A stretch of DNA of 64,000 bases from Chiloscyllium plagiosum (lineage: Eukaryota): positions 70,232,992-70,296,991 of the forward strand of contig NC_057711.1 of the NCBI RefSeq assembly GCF_004010195.1, read 5' to 3'. Below are positions 11,813-24,677 of the stretch, piece by piece; position 1 is the stretch's first letter; each line of letters starts with the position of its first letter. A program made the position numbers and the translations under genes. A model generated the notes under the pieces. It worked only from the letters and a program-made list of their open reading frames with translations, was not told where the DNA came from and did no database searches.

Positions 11813-13388
11813 CTCCTGTTCCCTGGATGCTGCCTGACCTGCTGCGCTTTTCCAGCAACACATTTTCAGCTCTGATCTCCAGCATCTGCAGACCTCACTT
11901 TCTCCTCACAAGGAGAGCATTATGTCTCTGACTGCCCCAAGCCATTGACTGTGTCGAAGCCCATGGATTGATATTTTAGGCTGCTCTCAGCTTAGTGTTT
12001 GAGAAACCCCTGAATGAAAACTAGCTACCTTGCCTTGATTCATGATTGCTGACAATCATGACAAGTTTCCTGGCTTTGTGCCAGCACTAAACAGCAGGGA
12101 CATGCAGCAATCCTGTGAGTCTGGTATCTCTTGCTGAGGAGGCAAAGCACTAAAAAGCAAAGTGGTGATGCTGCAAGCATCCAGGTAGACTCTGAGTCAA
12201 TGTGCATGATGACAACAAGTGAACAAGCCAGAGATGCAGTCTGGTCTAGTCTATCAGCTAGGTTCATGTCACTGAGCACAGTGTGTCTTTGCAGCATCAC
12301 AATGATCATTGTCAGTGCAATATCCAAGTGCAGAAGCATACGATAAATTGATTGGAGTTGTGCCATGAGAGTTCTTCGAGGCTGGTGCGCGTTGGCACCT
12401 ATTGTCTGCATGGTCCAACATGTAAGGCTTTTGAAGCACATTTTGAACTGAACCTGCCAGATACTCACTCTGATTTCCGTGTTAAGAATTCTTGATATCC
12501 AATTTGTTTGGTGCTGTTTGTAAGATTGGAAACTGAATATTAATGAGGCAAATTGGCCATTAATGTGCATTTAACAAGCTATCATTCCCCTTAACTGGCA
12601 ACTTGTTTCACAACTCAGCAGATGCACAGAGATGCTGTGAGTTTCTCGTGACGATGAACTACACCTATTCTGACATCTTTTGTGATTCTGCCATAAATCG
12701 AACCATAGCCCATGTCATTCAAGCCCCTAAAAGACTCAATTCCTTTTGGTTTACTTTCAAAATGTAAGCTTCCAAAAAATGAGGCAACAGCGTACCTTTC
12801 CCTCTTGTATCTTTATCACCTAATATTAGTTCCTGCTGTTTAGTGCTGGCACAAAGCCAAGAAACTTGTCATTGTTTCAAAAGAGGAAGCAATTAATATG
12901 TCGATTTAAGTTGAACTTCACATTCTGCATCTTTATCTGCATTTTCTTTGGAGAATTAGACTCTTAAAGTCAGCAAATGACTCCTCTGTAGGTGTGTCAG
13001 TATACAAAGTAGCTATTGCATTCTTATAGTCCATGATTCATTATATGAAGACCCCTCCTATAGCCTAACTTCTAACCAATATATGGCATTATCTTTCAGC
13101 AGGTATTTACTAGAATCGGACAAAATGATGTTGCATCTTTAGGAAGGCTGGTCTCCTCATGGAGAAAGAGCATAGTGCTTCCACTTCCTGTACCTTAAAT
13201 GAAAGAGAGTTAGATTTTACTGTGAAGAGAAAGCAGAGCTAAACAAGAGGATTTCAAAAGGCACCTGCAGTTTGTCAAAAAGAGTGTGCATGAAGTAGAT
13301 GATAAAATGTGAAGAAATTCTGTGCAATGTCTCTTTTAGTTTTGTAGCTTGACACAGCCTTGACTCATTCTTCATCTATGATTGGCAA

Positions 13389-14398
13389 TGTTACATTCTA
13401 CTGTGAAATGGATGTGCAATTGGTATTGTCCTCTTCTCCTCTTGTTTGAAAATTGTACAGGATTTATTCCATGGGAAACAAAGCAGCATGTGTGTTCGTG
13501 ACCTCCTTTTTGAGTATTTACAGAATGTGCCTGTCATAGTAGAATGTTTCATTTTGGTGTGTGATGTGTGGTGTCATGAAAGGTGTTTAACATACAAATT
13601 ATATGTTGGGACTTGGACTTTAAAAAAGACGCAGTTGGATATGGGGTCAGGTCTGTGACGGTTACTTTTCTTAAAAATTGGTCAGCAAGTTGTTTAGAAT
13701 AGTGACCCAAATTCATCAATCCCAAGAAACAGTCAGGTGTCTGGCAGCAGCTCTGTAGTGTTAATGAAGGGAATGTTTACATTGTTAAGTTTATGAGAAA
13801 AAAGGTTAACATCAGAACAGAAAGTTCAAGATCTTAGCTCTGAAGAATCATGAGTCTCTCCTACCAGAAGAATTGAGTTTTTGCTTCAGAACAACCAGTT
13901 ATAGTATCTAAGGTGTTTTCCTTTGTTGAGCTTTCAAGCCAGGCAAGTTTATCTTCAAGTCGATAGCCTAAACTTTCTGTATTCTATCAAAATTGTGAAA
14001 TGATTATGCCAGTGGACTTTGAAGAGAATTATAAGATTATCTCAGCACACTAAGGAAAAGAAACTGAGAGGTGCCAGTTAAATAAAAACAGTTGCGATGG
14101 GAATGAAATTTCTGTAGAGTTGGTTATTTGTAAAAAGATAGCATTGAAGAACAATAGGTTGAAACTTTGTTTTGCTGTTTGCATTATAATTTTTCTCACT
14201 GTCTTATATAGAGCTTTTGTTTATTTTTATGGTTTGTAATAACTTGTGTTCTGTTTTGGAAAGAACATTTGCTGTCTTGTGTGAATGTTTCAGTGACTAA
14301 CCACATATTGACCAGCTGCGAAAAAAAGTGATCTATCAAGTCAGGTTTTATTGTGGAATCTGACTTGTCCAGTATTATTATGAACTGGGATCATAAAA
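13389..14398 (+). mobile_element. Solo-LTR-like interspersed repeat
   Basis: Begins tgttac and ends ...ctgacttgtccagtatt...gggatcataaaa (a decayed CATAACA); no coding capacity; boundaries approximate. Confidence 0.45.
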
Positions 14399-14789
14399 GT
14401 GGAAGTGAGCAATGTCACACTGGCGAGAATAAAAAGTGTCAGTATTTGAGGAGGAGGAGATATACTGAAGTTTAGTGATTATAAAAGTAAGCAGGCAATT
14501 GGAGGACAGGAATACAATGAATGATGGTGCTGCGGGTTCTGTAGGTGTGAGGGGAAAGATTAGATTCATACCTTGAAAACTGCAAGATCATTAAACTGCA
14601 CCCTTGTTAGGCGAACTAAGTTTGGACTAAGAGTGAGCTGATTTTCTTACCTGTGAACCTCCCATTGAGCATGTAATATACTACTCCTAGTCAGCATCTG
14701 GACTAGGACTTCCAAAGTGGCATCACAGAATCTAGGTATTCTCATTGAATGTTTTGCAGCAATTTCTCCACGAGCAAAGTTTTTTTCAT

Positions 14790-15345
14790 TGTCTGCAGCA
14801 AGAGTACATGGTCCCTTTGACAGATTTGACACCCAGATCATGGTTTACAGAGCTGTGGTGGATCCCGCCCTCCTCCATGGCTCTGAGACGTGGACTGTCC
14901 ACAGCAGGCGCTGGAACAGTACCACCAACGCTGCCTGCAAAGATCCTGCGAATCCACTAGGAAGAAAGATGCGCCAATATCAGTTTCCTCTACCAGGCCA
15001 ATGTCCCAGCATCAAGGCACTGACCACCCCTGATCGGCTACAAAGGGCAGGGCACATCAACCACATGACTGAAACAAGACCTCCCAAGCTGCCACTCTAT
15101 TCCCAGCTCCGAAATGGCAGGCAAGCCCCAGGTGGACAGAGGATGCACTTCAGGGATACCCTCAAGGCCTCACTGACAAAGTGCGGCATTCCCACAGACA
15201 CCTGGAAATCACTGGCCCAAGCCCTCGAGACTTGCCGTCGGGAAAAAAAACGGAAGCCAGGCACAAACAGTGAACGGAACGCACTGTCACACCAATATCC
15301 TACCCACCCCTTCCCGCGACTACTTTCTGCCCCAAGTGTAACAGA
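14790..15345 (+). mobile_element. RTE-clade LINE 3' fragment, 5' part (split by a PLE)
   Basis: ORF 14717-15502 contains MVYRAVVDPALLHGSETWT...RAGHINHMTETRPPK..LYSQLRNG.QAPGGQR.HFRDTLKASL, typical of the RTE C-terminus. Confidence 0.85.
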
Positions 15346-16800
15346 GAAGACAGACAGGCTGGAAGAACACAGCAAGCCAGGAAGCATCAGGAGATGGAGA
15401 AGTCAACATTTTGGATGTAACTCTTCCTCAGAATTGAGATTGGGTGTGGGTGAAGCTGCAGATAAAGGGGTTGGCAAGGGCAGGGTGGTGAAGTCAGGAT
15501 AGATGAAGACAGGTAGAGGGTACGACCTGGTTGGTCAATGGGAGGAATGAATCTGGTTGGTGGCAGGGAGCAGTGGAAGGAATGGGGAGAGGCTGGGAAG
15601 GAAGTCAGGGAATGGGAAGGGAGGTTATTTGAAATTGGAGAAGTCAATTCTGTGTCCTCTGAGCTATAGGCTTCCCAGGTGAAAAATGAGGTGTTGTTCC
15701 TCCAATTTGCAGTTTGGTTCATTGTGGCAATGGAGGAGGCCAAAGGTGGTCATGTTGGAAAGGGAGTGGGAAGGGGAATTAAAATGGGCGGTGACTGGGA
15801 GGTCTAGTCGGCCCCTGCAGGCCCAGCTGAGATGCTCTGTGAACCATTTCCTAACCATTGTCTGGTCTCCCCGATGTAGAGAAGGCCACATTGGGAGGAC
15901 CTGATGCAGTAAACTAGGTTGGAAGAGAGGCAGGTGAACCTCAGTCTTCCTTGGAAGGACTGTTTGGGGCCTTGGATGGAGGTGAAGAGAGTGGTGTACT
16001 ACCAGGTCTTGTGTCTTTTCTGGTTGCAGGGGAAAGTAGCTGGAGGTTTGGGAGGGTCGGTGGGGAGAGTGGTGCAAGCCAAGGACTGTCAAAGGGAACG
16101 GTCATTGCAGAAGGCAGAGAAGGGTGGGAGGCGAAGAGGTTATTGGTGGCGGAGTCTAGTTGGAGTTGGCACAAGTGTTTAAGGATCACGCGATGGATGC
16201 GGAGACTGGTGGGTTAGTTGTTGAGGACAAGGGGAACTCTGCCTTTATTGCATTTGGAGGGGGGATTTTCAGTAGTGGAGTGGGGGATGGAGGTGGTGAG
16301 GTGGATGGCTGTCTGGATGACAGAGGGAGGAAAAGCACTTTGTTCAAAATAGGTGGACATCTGGGATGGTTGATGAGTGGAATGTCTCTTCGTCCAAGCA
16401 GATGCGGCTGTGGCAGCAGAATTGGGAGAACGGGATGGAGCTCTTGCAGGATACTGAGTGGGAGGAGGTGTAGTCCAGGTGGTTCTGGGATTCTGTGTGT
16501 TTGTAGTTAACGTCCATCTGGAGACTGTCACCGGAGATGGAAATGGAGAGGTCAAGAAGAGGGAAGGAGGTGGCGGATATGGACCAAGTGAATCTGAGGG
16601 CGGGGTGGAAGTTATGGGTGAAGTTGATGAAATTGCTCTAGTTCAGCCTCGGTGCAGGTCGCTGCACCGGTGTAGTCATCAATGTAACTGTGGAAGAGTT
16701 GGGGCACAGTGCCTGTGTAGGTGCTGAAGAGGGACTGCTTGACATCATAGACAAAGAGGAAGGCGTCGCTGGGGCCCCCCTGGGTGCCCATTTTGATTGG
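15346..16800 (-). mobile_element. Penelope-like element (RT C-half, GIY-YIG, pLTR) nested in an RTE
   Basis: Minus strand reads LFHSYIDDY (RT catalytic motif), LDYTSSH, and PVTAHFNSPSHSLS...KLEEQHLIFHLG (GIY-YIG C-terminus), with a decayed hammerhead at ~15400-15435. Confidence 0.9.
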
Positions 16801-16842
16801 GGCCCTAGATGCAAGTGGGGGGGTTTTGCAACTTTTCCGGTT

Positions 16843-16945
16843 GCAAGGCCTGCAGTAGCCACATTGGTCTGTACAGCCACCTATGGACTCACTCTGATTG
16901 GAAATGAGTCATCCTCATCTGTGAGGGACCACTGATGAATGAATG
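16843..16945 (+). mobile_element. RTE-clade LINE extreme 3' end (continuation of 14790-15345)
   Basis: ACSSHIGLYSHLWTH completes the zinc-knuckle-like C-terminus; short 3' UTR gtcatcctcatctgtgaggga. Confidence 0.75.
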
Positions 16946-17173
16946 GTGTGACCCCTTTAAGAGATGCAACTTGCATTTAAGTGAAGCCCAGATTTGTCTT
17001 GCTTAAAAGAGGTGTAATTGAATGCTAATGTGGCATAGTGCTCTCTCCAGGCATGGAATATATAACAAACTGCCAGCAGCAATTTATACAGTATATCTAT
17101 ATCTAAAATATGCACTCGGGCAAATTACACACATCCTGTGTGCTATTGCTGATCCTGTTAACAAGGTTATTTT

Positions 17174-17744
17174 GCCGTTGTTTTTTTTTGAGAGGGGCTG
17201 TAAAGGCAGAGGTACTGAAATGTCTAAACTGGCTACTTTAATAATAGCGAACAGATGCTGCCCAAGTCAACAATCAATAAAGGCTTTCAGGCTTTTTACA
17301 AAAAAAACACCTATACAATGAAAGGGGAGCGGCCAATTCTCCCAGTTCAGGGTTGTTTTTCTAGTTTTAGGTTAATTTTAGCTAGGGATCCAAAGAAACA
17401 GCTCCATGTTGATCCTTTCTCTCTCTCTCTTTCTGACCTCTCTCCTGTAAGAACCTATGTTTGAATTTACCTTTTCACCAGGGGTGTGTTTATGGGACGT
17501 TGTAGGAAATCAGAACAGCTCTTTGTTAATTTGCGTTTCCATGTCGGTTGGGTTTTCAAACAGTTATGTTATTCTAAAGTTGATTTTCTTTTGTTCATGT
17601 GTAAATAAGTTCTGTTTCGTTTAAAACCAAGTGGTTTGACCAGCTGTGTCGTTCCTGGAATATTCACCTTACATCAGCTTAAAACAGTTAGGGTCTGGGC
17701 TACCTTCTTCAAATGTTTTGACGGGGTCTGGCCTGGTCCATAAC
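17174..17744 (+). mobile_element. Solo-LTR-like repeat
   Basis: Ends ggtctggcctggtccataaca and is similar to 18103-18654 along its 3' half. Confidence 0.55.
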
Positions 17745-18102
17745 ACCTGTCACCTGCTGAATCTCAGTTGCCAGGTCCTAACAGTGCTGTCAGTGTGGCC
17801 TTACTTGGAGCACAAACCCTATCTTTCTGAGAGATGACAGCAAGTCTATCCTTATTAGTGCCACTGCTTTTTTGGAGAGGCAAAACTCAGCAATAATTGG
17901 TGTGATCACATCTGGAATATGATGCACAGTATTAGCCTTCTAATTTAAGGAAGCATTTAAATGCTTTGGAAGCAGTTAACAAATTTTTCTGGATTAATAC
18001 CTGTACAGCATGAGCATATTGCCTGATGAGGAAATGTTGGACAGCATACTTTTGTATTTCTGGAGTTTAGAAGAGCAAAGATTCAACATGATTGAAACAT
18101 TT

Positions 18103-18654
18103 TGTCCTGGATTTTTTATGAAGAGAGGTTGAGTTAGAGATATTGAGTGGTCTGATCCAAGCCAATAAACAGCTTTTGAGGCCTTGAAGATTTTTTTTTT
18201 AAAGAAACAATAGAAGCAGCTTTAATGGGTGAGGTGAAGCTCCCACAGAAGTAGAAGTTTAGGTTAACTTGCAGTGGTTGCTGGGGTCTTGAAGCTGGAT
18301 GTGGAAACTGTTGTTCCTCTCTCTGTTACAGCTAAAAGCTTTGGTTTTCTTCCAGCTGCTAGAATTGCATGTGAGACAATCTGTTTTACTGAATGGTAAA
18401 GATGTGTTTATGGGATGTTACTTGATTGGAACTGTTGCTGTTTGAGTTAGGTTTTCCAATAGAGTTAAGTTATTCCAATTCTTCTTTCTTTTGTTTGTAT
18501 TTTAACTATAGGATAAGAGCAATGTGTGTATTGCTTCAAACCTGTTAGTCTCACCAATCAAATTGTATTACACATGTCTTTAAAAGTAATAGAAAGGGAA
18601 GGTCTAGGCCATCTTCCTGAAATATTTTGAGCTGGTTTGCTCCGGTCCATAACA
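18103..18654 (+). mobile_element. Solo-LTR-like repeat (TG...CA) inserted in CR1
   Basis: tgtcctgg...ggtccataaca interrupts CR1 attgaaacat|...agatcctgagggg. Confidence 0.6.
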
Positions 18655-18852
18655 TTAGATCCTGAGGGGTCTTGACAAGTTGACGTAGAAAGGACTTTTC
18701 TTCTTCTGGGAGAATCTAGCAGTAAGGGTTACAGTTTTAAAAGAAATGGGTCACTCACTTAAAACAGGTAAGGAGAAATTATTTCTCCCAGAGAGAACAT
18801 GATACTTTGGAACTCACTTTCTCTAAAGGTGATGGAAGCAGAGTTTTGAATA

Positions 18853-19001
18853 CAGAACAACCTCAGTTATCCAAACATAATTATCTGAATTTCGGATTAT
18901 CCAAACAAGATCTCAAGGTCCCATAAAACGTTATCCGAACAATCAGTTATCCAAACAAAATACTCCCCGCCCACCTCATTTGGATAATTGAGGTTGTTCT
19001 A
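18853..19001. mobile_element. Tc1/mariner-pogo-type MITE
   Basis: ~23-bp terminal inverted repeats cagaacaacctcagttatccaaa / tttggataattgaggttgttcta, TA on both sides (18851-18852 and 19002-19003), internal repeats of TTATCC(G/A)AA. Confidence 0.85.
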
Positions 19002-19228
19002 TATTTTTAAGCCAGAGGTAGATGATTCATGATAAACAAGGGGGTGGAAAGTTATGGGTAGGTGAGAATAATCAGATTAGTCTTGATCTTACTGTTTGGA
19101 GCAGGCTCAAGCAGTCTAGTGGCCTACTCCTGCTCTTAATCCATGTGTCCTATTGCAATCCATTTGAGGATAAATTGCTGGACTATTGAGAGCCTTTGGT
19201 TGTGGTCATGGTGGCACAGTGGTTAGCA

Positions 19229-20038
19229 CTAACTCCTGAGTCAGAAAACTGCCTCCATCCAAGTCACAAATGTGTCATCTGAACTCTATAACTGACTGAC
19301 ACCTTTCCCCATCCCAACATTCCCTGACATTCCCAACCCACCAACATGAACAAGCCCCCACCCCCCCAACCTCCTACAGCGCAAACTGAATATATAAAAT
19401 TGAGATAAATTGTGCCCTTTCAGCGTGGCAACTGGTAACTAGTGGAGTGCAACAGGGATCAGTGCTAGGGCCAGAAGTATTTCCAGCCTATGGATGATAT
19501 GGATGAGGAAAGTGAATGTACCATCAACAAGATTGCAGATAATAAAACCGAGGTGGGAAGGCAGGAGGTAAGGATGATATAAAGGAACATGGACAGATTA
19601 AGTGAGTGGGTAAAAGAACTTGACAGATGGAATAAAATGTGGAAATGGCAGGAAGAATAACAAAGCTGAATATTATTTAAATGCAGAAAGCAGCAGTACG
19701 GGGTAAGTGGGAGTCTTCATGCAGCATGGTGGCACAGTAGTTAGCACCGCTGCCTCACAGCGCCAGAGACCCGGGTTCAATTCCCGCCTCAGGCAACTGT
19801 CTGTGTGGAGTTTGCACATTGTCCCCATGTCTGCATGGGTTTCCTCCGGGTACTCCGGTTTTCTCCCACAGTTCAAAAATGTGCTGGTTAGGTGAATTGA
19901 CCATGCTAAATTGCCCATAGTGTTAGGTGAAGGGGTAAATGTAGGGGAATGGGTCTGGGTGGGTTGTGCTTCGGCGGGTCGGTGTGGACTTGTTGGGCCG
20001 AAGGACCTGTTTCCACACTATAAGTAGTCTAATCTAAT
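19229..20038 (+). repeat. Copy 1 of an ~800 bp inverted duplication (unique DNA, CR1 RT fragment, HE1 SINE at 19721-20038)
   Basis: Aligns by eye along its length to the reverse complement of 45022-45779. Confidence 0.95.
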
Positions 20039-20339
20039 TTAAAATAAAATACAAGTGCTTAATGAAACAGCAGTATGAGCCTGCACCACATTCCTCTCAT
20101 TACCTTTGTATGAGCTCTTACTGAAGCACTCAGACATTGGATGAATTCTATCTGCGTTGTAGAGGAAGCTGAGACTGCAGCTAATTGATGTAGCATCAGA
20201 TCTGGGTCCACAAGTGCTGTTAACTAACAATCCCACTGTGAGAAGGCTGAGTTTCAGGATTGGCTGTCTGATGAATTGAAGTCAGATGTCTACATTGTCC
20301 ATGATAGTAATGAGAAATTGGCAGACATACGAATGCAGG

Positions 20340-20510
20340 CTTCTTGGTGTGCATGCTCAACCCAAAGATGTACGGGTTAGGTAAATTGCCCATAGCGTAA
20401 GGTGCATTAGTCAGAGGGAAATGGGTCTGGGTGGGTTACTCTTTGGAGGGTTGGTGTGGACTTGTTGGGCTGAAGGGCCTGTTTCCACCCTATAGGGAAT
20501 TCTAATCTCA
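20340..20510 (+). mobile_element. HE1-type SINE 3' fragment
   Basis: ggtgtggacttgttgggctgaagggcctgtttccac...ggaattctaatct. Confidence 0.8.
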
Positions 20511-20944
20511 TTAACATTCTCCTGTACGCTGTTCCTCCACGTGAGGCCTTTTGTAGAAGAACATCTGCCACTTCACACTGTGGTGAGCTGGCTGGTGACT
20601 GTTCGTCAGGGCTTGAAAGTAGAAAGTCAGGAAGAGAAGATTGACTGAGAGAGACAGGGAAAGTGTACTCCAAGGTCATACCAGCTACAGCTTGCCAGTT
20701 AAGTGAGTAATGGTAAGATGGATTTCAAAGAAAGCATAAGATAGGAACTTGGTGCCATCTTCAATGTTCTCGTCAATCCCGGAACGCAGTCGGCTCTATC
20801 ACAGCTTTAACAGTTGGAAATTCAGAGAACCGTCTCTTCAGAAGAATTGTGAGATGCAGATTGTTTGTCCTACACCTGATATTGTCCCGTTTATTGTATG
20901 CAAACCTTGCCCTGCAAAAGAGATGGAAGAAGATCAGTGATTAA

Positions 20945-21052
20945 GGGCCAATATAGTACAGTGTTAATGTCCTTACCTCTGGATCAGGAGTCTTGAGTTC
21001 AAGTCTCACGTGTTCCAGAGGTATTTAGTATCATGTCAGGTTGATTAAAATA
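20945..21052 (+). mobile_element. Short (~110 bp) tRNA-derived SINE
   Basis: Box-B-like gagttcaagtc; same family as 24574-24677 on the minus strand. Confidence 0.55.
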
Positions 21053-21405
21053 TCTACCTGTGCCTAAGTTGTACTGTTCAGGTGATATGCATGGATAGCA
21101 TTGAAGGCTAAGACAAATCTCATCATAAAAATGGTGTTTCGGTTTATGACCTTTCTTCATGATTTTAACTATTCTGTGATGCCCATTATCTTTTTATGCC
21201 AAATTCAATTTCCAAAGTATGATGGTTAACCTTGTCCAGAAAATTGAGATGTTAAATTGATGTTGTTAAATGATCATTGTTAAATGATGTGGTTAAGCAA
21301 TGTGTGACAAGGATATAAGTGGAAAAACATAAACATGGTTTGTCAGACATGTTTCTTTTTTCGAGTCAACCTGTTCAGAGATGTTATAACACACCCCTGG
21401 AGCAT

Positions 21406-22108
21406 AGAGTCATATAGCACAGAAACAGACACTTCAGCCCAACTCATCCATGACAATGAGGTTTCCCAAGTTAAACTGGTCCCATGTTAGTGTGGTTGGC
21501 CCATATCCCTCTAAACCTTTTCTATTCATGTACCTGTCTAAATGTCTTTTAGATGTTGTAACTAACCTGCATCTACCACTCCGTCTGGCAGTTCATTCCG
21601 CATATGAACCACACCCTGTGTGAAAAAGTTGCCCTTCACATCCCCTTTAAGTCTTTCTCCTCTCACCTTAAAATTATGCCCCCTAATTCTGAACTCACCT
21701 ACCGTAGGGAAAAAAAACTTATGCTATTCACTTTTATCTACCCCTCATGATTTTATAAGTCTTTATAAAGTCACCCTTTAACCCCCTATGCTCCAGGGGA
21801 AAATGTGCCAGCCTATCCAGCCTCTCCTTAAAACTCAAATCCTCCATTACCGGTAACATCCTGGTAAGTCTTTTCTGCACTTTGTCCAATTCAATAATAT
21901 CCTTCCAATTTCACGGTGAGTAGAGTACTCCAGAAGTGGCCTCACCAAAGTCTGTATAACCGCAACATGATGTCCCAATTCCTGTACTCAATGGGCTGAG
22001 CAATGAAGGCAACTATGCTAAACACCTTTGTAATGACCCTGTCTACCCACGATGTGACTCTCAAGGAACTATGTACCCAAACCCCCAGGTCTCTCTGTTC
22101 AACAACAT
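21406..22108 (-). mobile_element. CR1 LINE 3' fragment
   Basis: Minus ORF 21942-22151 EQRDLGVWVHSSL...IEYRNWDIMLRLY; CR1 3' UTR and tail at ~21406. Confidence 0.9.
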
Positions 22109-23359
22109 TGTGATTCCATTTAAAAGCTTTCCCATAGTGAGAATTGATCAATTTTCGGCAGGGTGCGAGTGCAGGTTGTGGTCTTTCTGTGGAGCCCTAC
22201 TACCAGGAGGAGTGCCCAGCTTTGGTTGGGGCAGATTGCAGATTTTGCCCCACTGAAGGGGCAAGGTGCAGGTTGGGTTGTGACCCATTATAATGGGAAT
22301 TGGCCCATGTTCGAAAGGGTGCGAGTGCAGGTTGTGGTTGCTCTGTAGAGGAGTCCCACCATGGGAAGTGGCCTAGTTTAGGTCGGGGCTGAGTGCAGCA
22401 TGTTTCCCTTTTGAGGGGCAGAGGGCAGGGTGCGATCTGGCCCCTTAGGGAGGTTTCCCACTGCAGGATGTGCCTCTTCTAAGAACAAGGCTCTCCATAC
22501 TTGGATACCCCAGTTTTGGAGTTAGAACAGTGTAGGTTGAGGCAAGGTTGAGGCCAAAGAAGATGTGACCCATGTGAGGATGGTCCACGTTGTAGCATGT
22601 GGCTCAAACTGACAAATGTTTCACCATGAAATGTTAGAAAAATGGCAAAAATAATGAAATGATTGACTGTAAAAACTTGAACCTTTGACACCTTATACTG
22701 AAATAGTCTTGTGGTTTATAACATGTTAAAGTTTAATGAACAAGTCATTATGTTATGAAGTGAATTAATTTTCTAACAATGCGTATCAATGCCTTGGAAA
22801 AGCAAACGTGGTTACACATCACGTAAAATGCTTAAAATCTGTAATAGGAACTGCTCCAGAGATTTATGACTTTTAGAATTTTTTTTGCAAGAAGTTTGAA
22901 GAAGGACAGGAAAGATCATTGTAAGAGAGCTTGGGGCCCCTAATGCCTCCAGAAAAGAGAATAAGTGAGGCAGATTGAGACATCAGTGTACACTGACAGA
23001 AGATGTAAAAACAGTCAACTTGGAGACAGTGCCCAAACCTATTATGGAGGCATGTAATGGAGTCACAAAAGACACAACTGCATATTGCTGCCTATGTGTG
23101 GTACATTGTGATTTAACTTCTGATATTTAAGTCTAATATCAACTAGGGTCTGTATCTGTGTGGTTCTTAATCAGTCACAAACAGGGTTCACATGTACAAA
23201 TCTAACAGTTGAGATGAAAATAAATGTTAGGGTGAATCCAGTGGTGTAGTGATAATGGCACTGGGCTAGTTATCCAGGCACTTAGACTAATCCACTGGGG
23301 ACACTGGTTTAAAAGTCAGTACAGGTAGCTGGTGAAAATTACCTATTTTAGGAAAAGAA

Positions 23360-23620
23360 TTCTAACAGGACTCGACAGGGTAAATGCAGGAAGGAAGACC
23401 AGGGGTCACTATCAAAGGATATAGGGTTGGCCATTTCAGACCTGAGATAAGGAGAAATTTCTTCACCCAGAGATGGTGAGCCTGTGAAATTCTGTCAATG
23501 ACCATGGTGGAGGCCAAAATATTGAATACTTTCAAGAAGGAGCTAGATATAGTTCTTAGGGCTAAAGGGGTCAAAAGGTATAGGGAGAAAACAGGGACAG
23601 AGTACTGAGTTGGATGATCT
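23360..23620 (+). mobile_element. CR1 LINE 3' fragment
   Basis: gagataaggagaaatttcttcacccagag...aatactttcaagaaggagctagatatag. Confidence 0.75.
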
Positions 23621-24573
23621 CTTCTTGTCAGACCACCAGCTGGTTTTGCTCCACCACACTGGCCCAAGTGTGAGCTGGAAACCTCATGAAACTGAACATA
23701 AGTCACACACTGAGAGTTACAAATTACATTGGATTCTGATGATCTGTAGGAATGGTCCTGTGTGGAGGTGCAGTGGGAGAATGTATCGACATGGAGGCTC
23801 CATGAGTAAAGTCCATGCGTTGACATGGAAAATCTTAAACAAGCACAGTATTCCTGGCTGGAATAGCAAAAACGTTTTAAAAAGATTACTTGCAACTCCA
23901 ACTAAGTGTCACAAAATAGAATAAGTGGACACCACATGCCACAGTGACAGCAAGGGAAATCAAGGGCCTAGAAGCAATTTAAAATCAGGTTGCATACCTG
24001 GAAATGTTGCAAAGATAAAATTAATAGTTAGAGGCAAATCAGAAGCAGCAAACAAAGTCAAATGGAAGAAGCAAATTAGATAATTGAGGCTACAGAAAAT
24101 GCTGGCAGACCATTATATAAGCCACAATAAAGGTGGGAAATATTTGTTTAAACGATAAACCACAGAAATCAGTCAGTAAAATCAAGATTAATGCTGGAAT
24201 TGTTTATTAAAGCTGAACAGCAGGATTCTTGTGGAGAAGCTGAGAATCATCCATTTTAACTGATAATGCAGGAATTCCTTATTTTAGCTATGAGAAGGGG
24301 GTATCCTCCACAAGTCTAGGAAAAGCTGCCAGCACAGCAGTTCATCATAGCAGTATTGATATACTGCAGAATTAAAAGCAAAACAAATAAATAATCATTT
24401 TTGGAAGATATCCAGCAGGCCTAATATTGCTGAAAAGATCTAATTTCAGAGATGGGCAATTAGAATACAATTGGACTTCATAGAGAAAATAATTCTTAAG
24501 GTACAATGTTGCTTCGAAATCAGATACTAATCTAGAAAACAGGACTCCATGCTTTTTTCATCAATTTTACCAA

Positions 24574-24677
24574 TCAACTTGTTCAGAGATGTTATTGCAC
24601 ACATCTGGAGCAGGTGGGACTTGAACCCAGGTCTCCCCAGGGGTCAGGATGCTACCACTGCACCACAAGGGAGCCCC
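24574..24677 (-). mobile_element. Short tRNA-derived SINE
   Basis: Minus strand gtggtgcagtggtagc (A-box) and gggttcaagtccc (B-box); a fragment of the same family lies at 21367-21403. Confidence 0.7.

Larger units (their letters stand above)
11122..11907 (+). mobile_element. Young Penelope-like element, rearranged, spanning the assembly gap
   Basis: Plus strand MASFFKDRNFP...PTYHPTN (PLE RT C-terminal linker); minus-strand CTSTHIIYCILCTRCGL (GIY-YIG region) at 11711-11770; pLTR ending ...gcagacctcactttctcct. Confidence 0.85.
17890..19150 (+). mobile_element. Old CR1 3' fragment hosting two nested insertions
   Basis: CR1 ORF2 end and 3' UTR resume on both sides of 18103-18654 and of 18853-19001. 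Confidence 0.75.

Noticed and set aside
11044..11863. Long ORFs of 200-244 aa
   Set aside because: Artefacts of translating through the N gap.
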